This document shows, piece by piece, positions 37,069 through 45,529 of a stretch of DNA of 64,000 nucleotides (position 1 is the first letter of the stretch; each line of letters begins with the position of its first letter). The translations under genes and the position numbers were made by a program. Origin of the DNA: Candidatus Poribacteria bacterium (GTDB lineage Bacteria; Poribacteria; WGA-4E; WGA-3G); contig JAPOZO010000088.1 in NCBI GenBank assembly GCA_026706025.1, forward strand, positions 35,669 to 99,668. The letters run 5' to 3'. The notes beneath the pieces were generated by a model that ran no database searches, had not been told where the DNA came from, and worked only from the letters and a program-made list of their open reading frames with translations.

Positions 37069-39330
37069 ATGAAACAATTTTTTGTGCTGGCAGGTATTGC
37101 CATAGTGCTTCTCAGTCATTTGGGGTGTTCTTCTGATGAAGAGCAGACACAAGTTGAGAACCCTGCGGTAATCGATGAAGCATCAGCATTTAGTGGCGCG
37201 CCGCTCTTAGGCGATATTGTCCTCGAAAATATGTATGAGGACGAAGCGCGACAACTAACGGATAAGACACCCGTTCAAATCGTCACAGTGCTTGAAGGAA
37301 CAAACAGAATTACGCTTGAGGCACAGTTCCGTGGCGTTCGAGATTTAGGATTCGGGTTCCCACTCTACGAATTTGAATTGACAGATAAACTCGCTGAGTC
37401 AATAGGGGGTATTTCACAAGGTATGTCGGGAAGTCCGGTCGGTCCCCCAGGGCGCATTATGGGCGCGCTCGCTTATGGCACCAGTTTTGCCTCTGCACCA
37501 TATCGGTTCTTGGCGACATCCATTGATGCAATGGAAAACGCAATTAACCACCAAACATTTGGTGAGATATTTGATGCGGAACGTGCTGCTGCTGCACCGG
37601 GTGGTATCCAAGCAGCATATACGCCTGTGAAAACGCCTCTCACGATCTCCGGGATACAACCGCACAGACTTGAACAACTTTCATCACATCTGGAAGGCTC
37701 TCACTTTGACTTTGTCCAATTGTTTGCCGATATTAATGATGCACCGGCAGCACCGCCAACGGTGACAACAAGACTCGCCGCTGGTGATATGATCGGTGTT
37801 GCAGTATCGACAGGTGATGTCGTCAACTCTATCGGTTTCGGTACGGTGACACAGGTTTACGACGACGGTACATTTATAGCGTTCGGCCATCCGATGATTT
37901 ATGGCGGTCAATCGGCATTACCCGTCTATAGAGCCGTCACCAACGGTATTGTTACCAGCTTGGCGATATCTTTTAAATCTGTATCCGCTTACGGGAATCC
38001 AATCGGAACAATTACCAAAGACCTCCTGCCAGGAATCGTGGGTGAACTCGGTACGGTCCCATCAATGATTCCGGTAAAGGTTACTTACCAAGCAGGTAAC
38101 GGTCCCGTAGTGGAAAAAAATCACAAGGTGGCCTATGGTCAGGAATTGTTCCTACCAATCGTTGCAGCCCTTACGATGGATTCCATCCGTCAGGAAATAA
38201 GTTCTTCCACAGTGGACGGGACTGTCACACTCCGTTTCAAAGAGACGGAAACCGTTTACACAGAATCGTTTCGGAGTGCCTCTCCGGCTGCGTTTATTGA
38301 TGTGCTGCTAAACGTTGATCGGATTATCCACGCTTTCTCAGATACGCTCTCGAACAGCGCGGGGGAAGCTACGTTGACAGATGTGTCAATTTCTATCCAT
38401 GACAAACCCCAAATTATGTTAGCGGAGCTGCATGAAGTTATCGTTCCTGAAGAGGGAATCACCCCTGGCGAAGATCTCACGGTTTCGGTCGTGCTACTTC
38501 CACACTGGAGTGCTGCAGGGAACGAACGGACAATCCAGCGAGAGGTCACGCTTGAGGTACCGGAGGATTTCCCTGCTGGTCCTGCGCTTCTTAGCGTTGC
38601 TTCTGAGAACCCGTTCGGTCCTCCCAATCCGTTCTTTGGACCCGATTTCTTTTTCTTTGGACCAGAGGAAGAACCTAAACCACTACCTGAGAATCTGGAC
38701 GAACTCATCAAAAAGATGGAAGAAGAGCAGATTGACCCAAGCTTAATCACAATAACGCTTGAGTCGTTGGGACCGCCGCCAGGCGCGTTACCACCAGATC
38801 TTTTACCACCAGATCTTTTACCACCAGATCTTTTACCACCAGAAGGTCTACCGTTACCTGAAGATGGTGAAATGCCTGAAGACGATGAAGCACCTGAAGA
38901 TGGTGAAATGCCTGAAGACGGTGAAGCACCTGAAGATGGTGAGATGCCTGAAGACGATGAAGCACCTGAAGACGGTGAGATGCCTGAAGATGGTGAAGCA
39001 CCTGAAGACGGTGAGATGCCTGAAGATGGTGAGATGCCTGAAGATGGTGAAATGCCACCAGAGTTAATACTGCCTGAAGGTTTTCCACCATTAGGTGGAT
39101 TACCATTCCCACCGGATTTCGGACCTGCACCGACTGTCGAAATCACAATTAATATCGACGGGTTTATTGTGATTGGTCTCAAAGATGCCTTCGTCACAAT
39201 AGGAAGTGAAGAAATGGTAGATGGCATGCTTCCTGGAGAAATCGTTGATGGTATGCTACCAGAAGAAATTGGGGACCCCGTGGAACCGGTAGAACCTGCG
39301 GAGCCTGCGGAACCAGCGGAAGAGGAATAA
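37069..39330 (+). CDS. Secreted lipoprotein with a serine-protease-like GMSGSPV motif and a C-terminal acidic Pro/Glu tandem-repeat tail
   Basis: LSHLGCSS lipobox. GMSGSPV (V8/SpoIVB-like Ser motif) and FGHP. Tail repeats PPDLL x3 and PEDGEMPEDDEA/PEDGEAPEDGEM x~10. Confidence 0.45.
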   Translation: MKQFFVLAGIAIVLLSHLGCSSDEEQTQVENPAVIDEASAFSGAPLLGDIVLENMYEDEARQLTDKTPVQIVTVLEGTNRITLEAQFRGVRDLGFGFPLYEFELTDKLAESIGGISQGMSGSPVGPPGRIMGALAYGTSFASAPYRFLATSIDAMENAINHQTFGEIFDAERAAAAPGGIQAAYTPVKTPLTISGIQPHRLEQLSSHLEGSHFDFVQLFADINDAPAAPPTVTTRLAAGDMIGVAVSTGDVVNSIGFGTVTQVYDDGTFIAFGHPMIYGGQSALPVYRAVTNGIVTSLAISFKSVSAYGNPIGTITKDLLPGIVGELGTVPSMIPVKVTYQAGNGPVVEKNHKVAYGQELFLPIVAALTMDSIRQEISSSTVDGTVTLRFKETETVYTESFRSASPAAFIDVLLNVDRIIHAFSDTLSNSAGEATLTDVSISIHDKPQIMLAELHEVIVPEEGITPGEDLTVSVVLLPHWSAAGNERTIQREVTLEVPEDFPAGPALLSVASENPFGPPNPFFGPDFFFFGPEEEPKPLPENLDELIKKMEEEQIDPSLITITLESLGPPPGALPPDLLPPDLLPPDLLPPEGLPLPEDGEMPEDDEAPEDGEMPEDGEAPEDGEMPEDDEAPEDGEMPEDGEAPEDGEMPEDGEMPEDGEMPPELILPEGFPPLGGLPFPPDFGPAPTVEITINIDGFIVIGLKDAFVTIGSEEMVDGMLPGEIVDGMLPEEIGDPVEPVEPAEPAEPAEEE
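38790..39050. repeat. Coding tandem repeat (12-aa PEDGEMPEDDEA-type units)
   Basis: Periodic DNA, cctgaagacggtgagatgcctgaagatggtgaagca... Confidence 0.6.
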
Positions 39331-39380
39331 TTCCGAAGCCAACCGTAAGGACAGATCCCTGTGTCTGGCTCAATTCAATT

Positions 39381-39416
39381 GTCTGGGCAGGTTTTATGCT
39401 TGCCCAGACTTTTCAC
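39381..39416 (+). terminator. Rho-independent terminator candidate between convergent genes
   Basis: GTCTGGGCA...TGCCCAGAC 9-bp stem followed by TTTTCACTTT. Confidence 0.5.
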
Positions 39417-39436
39417 TTTCGCACTGTTACCTGTTT

Positions 39437-40564
39437 TTACCCATTTTCACATACAACCGACTCCCGTTGCACGTAACACCGCACTATATTAATAATCAAA
39501 GCGATATCATCCCGTGCAGATGCCAGTGAAGTATAGCACGTTTCACCTTCTGTTATGCATGCGTGGAAATGGCGCAATTCCCGAACAAAAGCACTTTCCC
39601 ATTCAATAGCGGGGGTTTTGCTATAGGTCGTGCCATCGGTGTCTATTCCGTGTATCGTTACCTCTGACAGGATACCTCTCGAAAAGCCGGTAGGATATGA
39701 AACGATAACCCGTTTGTTATCGCCGTATATCTCCAAGGTCTCTTTAAAGTCCCACAGATCTGGTAAGTCTACCCATGTCGCGACACAGCGGGCACCGTTC
39801 GGATAGGCAAACACAATGCTCACCCCACGTCCATCAGACCAAACTTCCGCACTAATGACTTCGCTCGGTGAACCGAGCATAACCCGTAAACTGTAGATGT
39901 CGTGGATCATGCTGCCAGCAAGCAGGTAGAACACCCGTGCTGCCTTGTTTTCGACATCGCTTTCAAGTCCGGCTTGTGATAACACGTTCCCAATGGCTTC
40001 TGCTTGTGCTTTTTCACGCGCTGCGCCTGCTGGCTTAAATGCATCCGGTGACACATCGTTGAACCGTTCGACATCAAACTGGCTCAGGTGTAAACTGTTA
40101 TTCGGATGGAGATGGTTAATTTGGACGAAGCGATAACTCTCCATCGTATCAACTTCGCGCTTAGCGAACTGGAAAGCCGGGTCATGCACCTTCATATAAC
40201 CGGCTTGCGCGACCGTACCGGCTCTCTGTTGTGCATTTAGCATGGCATCCATCTCTTGCAATGAAAAGCAGACCGGTTTCTCAATAAAGACATGCTTCCC
40301 GGCTTCAAACGCGGCAAGGGCAACTTCCGTCTTAGGGTCACCGTGGCAGAGTAGAACGGCATCTACATCTGTTGCCAACAATTCGTTGTAATCTGTTACG
40401 AATTGCGGGACATGGAAACGCTTTGCCACTGCTTGTGCAGCACCGTGAGAAAGATCACAGACAATTGGCACCTCAAATTCGCGATGGAGCGCGGTAAGAT
40501 TGGGGAGATGATGGACCTGCGCGATCGCGCCACACCCGATAACACCTATCCGTATACGACTCAT
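39437..40564 (-). CDS. Gfo/Idh/MocA-family NAD(P)-dependent oxidoreductase
   Basis: N-terminal IGVIGCGAIAQVHHLPNL Rossmann motif. Confidence 0.8.
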   Translation of the reverse strand: MSRIRIGVIGCGAIAQVHHLPNLTALHREFEVPIVCDLSHGAAQAVAKRFHVPQFVTDYNELLATDVDAVLLCHGDPKTEVALAAFEAGKHVFIEKPVCFSLQEMDAMLNAQQRAGTVAQAGYMKVHDPAFQFAKREVDTMESYRFVQINHLHPNNSLHLSQFDVERFNDVSPDAFKPAGAAREKAQAEAIGNVLSQAGLESDVENKAARVFYLLAGSMIHDIYSLRVMLGSPSEVISAEVWSDGRGVSIVFAYPNGARCVATWVDLPDLWDFKETLEIYGDNKRVIVSYPTGFSRGILSEVTIHGIDTDGTTYSKTPAIEWESAFVRELRHFHACITEGETCYTSLASARDDIALIINIVRCYVQRESVVCENG

Positions 40565-40802
40565 AAATTCTAACCTCCGGTAGATAACGCTTTCTTATGC
40601 GTTTATCGTATCACGTACACGAAATAGATGCAATTCTTAGTTTTCAGTTTTCAGTTATCGGTTGTCAGTAACCGTCGCGATCGGGAGATCGTGCGTACAG
40701 GAAGAACGGAAGGATGGAAGGTGGGTGTAGAGGTTTGTGTCATGGAAAATTTGACAACAAACGCGAAATCCTACATAATAGAATAACAAAATCATCGGTA
40801 AG

Positions 40803-42422
40803 ATGGAGGCTATAGATATGGACATGGCAATTATCCCGTGGGAAATGGTACTTCTGTGTGGTCTGTCTCTTTGTGTCGGATGGGGAATACGCGGAAACTT
40901 CGGACATGAATATGGTGCAGCACTTGCGGGAGCACTCGCTGCAATGGCAATCGTCTTGCTCTCAGGAAGAGAGGATTGGTGGCGACATGTCCACTACTTC
41001 GCGCTGTTCGGTGCAATCGGCTGGTCATTCGGCGGGAGCATGTCCTATATGATGGTTGTCGGGTACAGCCATTCGTCACACGCGTTGACTGTGTTTTACG
41101 GGTTTGCGAATCTCTTCGTTATCGGTTTTTTGTGGGCAGCTTTGGGTGGCGCGGGAACTGCGCTGCCTGCGTTTCTGACGCATACTCAGCTGTCTTTGTT
41201 GTTTACACCAATCGCTGCTGTGTTCATCGGTTGGTCGCTCCAAGCGGTAATTATCGATCGTGTTCTCGCACCAAAACGGATGCAACGGCACGAAAGTGCT
41301 CTCTACTGGTACGATACCGATTGGGTGGCAGCACTGGTCGCGATCCTCGCTGCACTCATCGTCGCGCTGTTCCGTGGGGGTTTGGATATGGGCACGAACC
41401 TCGTCCTATATCTGGGCATCAGTTGGTTCGGCGGGTTTTTGTTGCTCGTAAACGTTTGTCGCCTCCGTATGACACCGCCGCGTGGGGACAACTGGGCAGG
41501 TTGTGTCGGTATGGTTATCGGGATATTGGGGTACTGTTCGCGTTATGAACTCAGCGGTGTCGCTTTTGTTACGCTGATGACAGGTTTTGGCGGTGGTATT
41601 GCATTCTCATTTGGACAATTGCTGAAACTCATTTGCATCCGGACAGGACTCCAAACGAATTGGCATAGTGTCATGGAGCAGACGCAAGGCTTTTTATTCG
41701 GACTTGGGATTGCAATACCGTTCGGCCTCCTTCTCAATCGGGCACCACTTTTAGAAACCGCCTCGAATCTCCCACAGTGGACAGAAATATTAGCTGTGTT
41801 CTGCGTGCTGATTTTACTGACCTATGTCAATTATCGGAAGGCAGCAGGAACGTGGGTGGATTTGGTTGAGGGTTTACCCGAACGATTTTTCGGGCTGCCT
41901 GTTGTCGGGTGGTTCCGACACTCAAGAGGATGGATCGGATGGTTTGAACTTTTCTATATAGGCCTCGGTATCGCCTGTGTCGGACTTCTGTCAGTGCATT
42001 TCCGCGAGCCTCTCGCTTTCATTCCGACGAGTTGGTTAGGAAAAGGACAGCTGCTCTATTTTGTATTTATATGGTGGGTGGTTATTTTCAACTTTGAACG
42101 CGCTTTGGTCGGTTTCAGTCCGCACCGTCTGGTGACAGAAGGTGTGATTACGCTCAATGCGATTATCTGCACTGTGCTGATGGCATTGGGGCCACTATCT
42201 GTGCCGGAACAGACAGGGAGTCTCTTTTCCTTCACTGACTGGGTTTGGCAGACATTGATCTGGGGTATTGTCGCACTGGTTGGAACGACAGTCATTTTCT
42301 GGGGTATTAAGCATGTGCTCTACGGAAAAGAACACGCGCCCGGCGCGTCACTTCACATCCGTTTCGGACAGGATTCCAATGCCCCGAAGGCGAAACCGAA
42401 GGCGGGAGAACAACATCCGTAA
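40803..42422 (+). CDS. Polytopic membrane protein (about 12 TM helices), unknown family
   Basis: Hydrophobic helices alternate along the sequence. No transporter signature recognised. Confidence 0.5.
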   Translation: MEAIDMDMAIIPWEMVLLCGLSLCVGWGIRGNFGHEYGAALAGALAAMAIVLLSGREDWWRHVHYFALFGAIGWSFGGSMSYMMVVGYSHSSHALTVFYGFANLFVIGFLWAALGGAGTALPAFLTHTQLSLLFTPIAAVFIGWSLQAVIIDRVLAPKRMQRHESALYWYDTDWVAALVAILAALIVALFRGGLDMGTNLVLYLGISWFGGFLLLVNVCRLRMTPPRGDNWAGCVGMVIGILGYCSRYELSGVAFVTLMTGFGGGIAFSFGQLLKLICIRTGLQTNWHSVMEQTQGFLFGLGIAIPFGLLLNRAPLLETASNLPQWTEILAVFCVLILLTYVNYRKAAGTWVDLVEGLPERFFGLPVVGWFRHSRGWIGWFELFYIGLGIACVGLLSVHFREPLAFIPTSWLGKGQLLYFVFIWWVVIFNFERALVGFSPHRLVTEGVITLNAIICTVLMALGPLSVPEQTGSLFSFTDWVWQTLIWGIVALVGTTVIFWGIKHVLYGKEHAPGASLHIRFGQDSNAPKAKPKAGEQHP

Positions 42423-42494
42423 TGAGAGCCATCAGCAGTCAGCGATCAGAGGGCGAGGTGTTTTTGCAGACTGTAATTCTTCGTATGTGAAACT

Positions 42495-43646
42495 TTAGTC
42501 GTGTATGTGCCGTTGGCGATACACTTGTCCACCTTTAACAACGACAACCGGTTCCAATTTCTGCCTGCCTATTTTGGTTTCACCGCGCGCGTCCACCAAC
42601 TGGAATTCACCTTCACGAAGTTCAAAGATTACCGCATCACCCCACGCATCAACAGCCAATGTCCCGACCTCTCCCGGCATCAATATAGTTTCGGCAGGGA
42701 TACGCGTCACCTTGGCAAGTGCATCGTCGAGCGACATACCGAGATACAGGAATTTGTTAACGACATTCACGAGATCATAGACGGGACCGTTGACGTTATA
42801 GACATGCAGATCAGAGGAGATTGTCGTCGGTTCAACGCCTTGCGCCATCGCTTTCTGAACGACATCCCAACTAAAAGAACCCGCGCCGTGTCCGACATCA
42901 AAGATAACACCACGTTCAATCGCTGCGTGGACAGAGTCCCGAATCCTACCGTTTTCATCTAAAATACCGCACGGCATATCGTGGAAGCAGTGTGTCAGAA
43001 TATCACGTTCACCCATGAGTGCCAATATATCGTCAATAGACTCGCACCAAGCATCTTGCGGATGAACCATGATAGGCAGCCCCGCAGCATCGGCGGCTTC
43101 ACGTGCCCTCTGCAACGGCAACATCTGTGCCCTCGCACCGACAATGCTCTCACGCGTCAAGCGAACCTTGACTCCCAAAATGATGTCGCGATGTTGTTCT
43201 ATCATTCGGCACGCCTTACCAACATCTGCATAATCGGGGTTTTCTAACTCCCCAATTTCCTCTGTGAGCATACCTTGCGATGAAATGTTCAATTGCGCGA
43301 GGATACGCGTGTCGCTGACATCAATGACATATTTACGGAACCCGGGAAACGTGTCAGCACCTGCTGAACCTGCATCCACAACCGTCGTCGCGCCGCGTGC
43401 TAAGCATGTCGGATCGGGTTCAATCCCGAAGTGGCTTACACCGTAGAAGACATGTACATGTAAGTCGATAAGACCGGGTGTGACGAAGCATCCTGATGCG
43501 TCAAGTACTTCCCTCGCTTCGGATGTCGGAATCTCATCACTCACAACCGAGACGCGTCCGTTCGCGAATGCCACATCTTTGCGTGCATGGATGCCCTGCG
43601 CGGGATCGACGACAGTACCATTTTTTATGATCAGTTCATAGTTCAT
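42495..43646 (-). CDS. Amidohydrolase-family metallohydrolase (dihydroorotase / deacetylase-like)
   Basis: GLIDLHVHV metal-binding motif and downstream His and Asp residues. Confidence 0.7.
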   Translation of the reverse strand: MNYELIIKNGTVVDPAQGIHARKDVAFANGRVSVVSDEIPTSEAREVLDASGCFVTPGLIDLHVHVFYGVSHFGIEPDPTCLARGATTVVDAGSAGADTFPGFRKYVIDVSDTRILAQLNISSQGMLTEEIGELENPDYADVGKACRMIEQHRDIILGVKVRLTRESIVGARAQMLPLQRAREAADAAGLPIMVHPQDAWCESIDDILALMGERDILTHCFHDMPCGILDENGRIRDSVHAAIERGVIFDVGHGAGSFSWDVVQKAMAQGVEPTTISSDLHVYNVNGPVYDLVNVVNKFLYLGMSLDDALAKVTRIPAETILMPGEVGTLAVDAWGDAVIFELREGEFQLVDARGETKIGRQKLEPVVVVKGGQVYRQRHIHD

Positions 43647-43717
43647 GGGGAGTCCTCAGATAGACAATAGGCGCGCTTGCATGAAGATTAAAAGATTAAT
43701 TCGGTAATTTCTTGGCA

Positions 43718-44000
43718 AAGTCCGGTGCGGTTGGGAAACCGCACCATAAGTGTCAATTTTAGAAAAAAGTTATGCCGTGAAGACCCCGGACCGGTAGATG
43801 CGGTTTGCAACCGCATCGGATACGACGCGAAAACCTTCAGACCCAGCGTTTACTAAACAGGGTTTCGACTAAACAAGAAAACGAAGACCCGGTTCGGATA
43901 ACTCCGGTTCGGTTGCAAACCGAACCTACCGGGCCTGGGGAAAGGTGCTAAATTGACACCTATGGTGCGGTTGGGAAACCGCACCTACCGGACCTGGGGA
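43718..44000. repeat. BIME-like cluster of four or five REP hairpins in alternating orientation
   Basis: Copies at about 43722-43746, 43786-43820, 43889-43940 and 43959-44000. Stems vary with compensatory changes (GTGCGGTT/AACCGCAC, GATGCGGTT/AACCGCATC, GGTTCGGTT/AACCGAACC). Each is followed by CTACCGG. The extended flank AAATTGACACYTATGG is shared with the copy at 46818. Confidence 0.65.
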
Positions 44001-44014
44001 TTACTTAAACTTTG

Positions 44015-45529
44015 TTAATGTGTGCTTTGGCGATTTGTGACCGGACACCATCGTGCCATCAGTAGATAATCAAACAGTGCTGATTCCGCTTCGGGGGTGT
44101 CAATGCGCTTCAGGGCGTGGATCGTGTTGTCGCGAACATAGCGATCTTCGTCCCAAAGGGCTTTCGCAAGTACCGGCACTGCGTCGTTTGCGGCGGGTCC
44201 AATCTGTGCCAATGCCAATGCTGCTTCAAAGCGTGCTTGTTTGTCGTCATCATCCGCAACCATATCGGTTAGGTGCGGTACTGCAGGCGCGGCGGTTGCC
44301 CCGAGACTTCCAAAAGCTTCAGCGAGATAACGGCGGACTTCAGCGCATTCGTCTTTCGTGCGTTCCATCAACGCTGGAATAGCGGCTTCAGCCGAATCAC
44401 CTATCTGTGCCAACGCATAGGCGGCTTCAATGCGAACGACATCCGCTGTGTGCTGTAATGCTTCACTCAAGGCGGGGACCGCAGGGGCACCGACTGCAGC
44501 GAGCGCGTAAGCTGCCATCCGTCGCGTGGGCCCGTTCTCATCACCTAACACCTCAATCAGTTGCGGAACAGACGGTTCGCCGATCGCGCCGAGTGCATAA
44601 GCGGCGTTCAAACGGACAGGTTCATAATCATCACGTAACGCTTGGATGAGATGCGGGACCCCCTCCGCAGCGGATTCACCTAACGCACCGAGTTCATCAG
44701 CGGCGCGGGAACGGACAAACGGATCGTCACCGCCTAACGCTGTGATAGAGTCTGTGAGGTTGCCATGGGTTGGTTGTGTTGCATCTCCGTTGGACTCGCC
44801 TGCCATCCAGTTCCAGATATGTCGCCACGTGCCTTGATGCGCTGGGGTCGCTGGGTTGATGTCTTCGGATGTCCACTGTGGATCCGTCACGTTCCACTCC
44901 GGTGCTTGGGGTGCGTCCATCCGGATGAATTGGAACTTCATCATATAGCGCGTTTTGTCTGTCTGGTTCGCCATGGCACGATGCCAGAGGTCAAAGTGGA
45001 TAATCGTTAGGGTACCAGCCTCGCCACTGAGTGCTAATTCACCATCGTTGGCTTCGGTGATTCGGGTGCTGTAATACTGCGTTCCCGGTAGGACTGCTGA
45101 GGGTCCAATTTCGAGCGGTGAATCCTGCGGGTAGTAGAACGCCATCGCCCAACGCGGGCAGTGGTGACGCACCTTCTGATACCCCCAGTAACTATCTTTA
45201 TGGAACCCCTGTCCATCACTGTGTGGACGGTTTTGATGCGGATGCCGATGGGAATGCATGACATAATTCTCGCCGAGAATACTTGTAAATGCGCCACGGA
45301 CAGCGGGATCCTCAAAAACCGCTTGCAGTTCAGGGACACGCGGCAAGATGTTGTTCCCTAAATTCCCCTCTTTTTCGGTGTATTCCTGCGTTTTACGATA
45401 AATAGTCTCATGAAAACTGCGTGGCAGATCGGTTTTTATGGTGAGATGTCCATTCACAATAAAATCGCGCATCTGCGCATCGGTCAGTTTGTTGCTGTCG
45501 CTTAACTGTGGGTTCGCTTGCATGATCAA
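44015..45529 (-). CDS. Phytanoyl-CoA dioxygenase (PhyH)-like domain fused to C-terminal PBS-lyase HEAT repeats
   Basis: N-terminal HxD...H 2OG-oxygenase pattern. C-terminal repeated units AAYALGAIGEPSVPQLIEVLGDEN. Confidence 0.6.
   Translation of the reverse strand: MIMQANPQLSDSNKLTDAQMRDFIVNGHLTIKTDLPRSFHETIYRKTQEYTEKEGNLGNNILPRVPELQAVFEDPAVRGAFTSILGENYVMHSHRHPHQNRPHSDGQGFHKDSYWGYQKVRHHCPRWAMAFYYPQDSPLEIGPSAVLPGTQYYSTRITEANDGELALSGEAGTLTIIHFDLWHRAMANQTDKTRYMMKFQFIRMDAPQAPEWNVTDPQWTSEDINPATPAHQGTWRHIWNWMAGESNGDATQPTHGNLTDSITALGGDDPFVRSRAADELGALGESAAEGVPHLIQALRDDYEPVRLNAAYALGAIGEPSVPQLIEVLGDENGPTRRMAAYALAAVGAPAVPALSEALQHTADVVRIEAAYALAQIGDSAEAAIPALMERTKDECAEVRRYLAEAFGSLGATAAPAVPHLTDMVADDDDKQARFEAALALAQIGPAANDAVPVLAKALWDEDRYVRDNTIHALKRIDTPEAESALFDYLLMARWCPVTNRQSTH

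Noticed and set aside
38747-39130. Minus-strand 127-aa and plus-strand 102-aa ORFs inside the PEDGEMPEDDEA repeat region.
   Set aside because: These are low-complexity artefacts of the tandem DNA repeat (HHLQASHRLQ... and YHQIFYHQIF...).
40976-41548. 190-aa alternative-frame ORF inside the membrane protein gene.
   Set aside because: Cys/Arg-rich junk translation. The membrane-protein frame has coherent TM helices.
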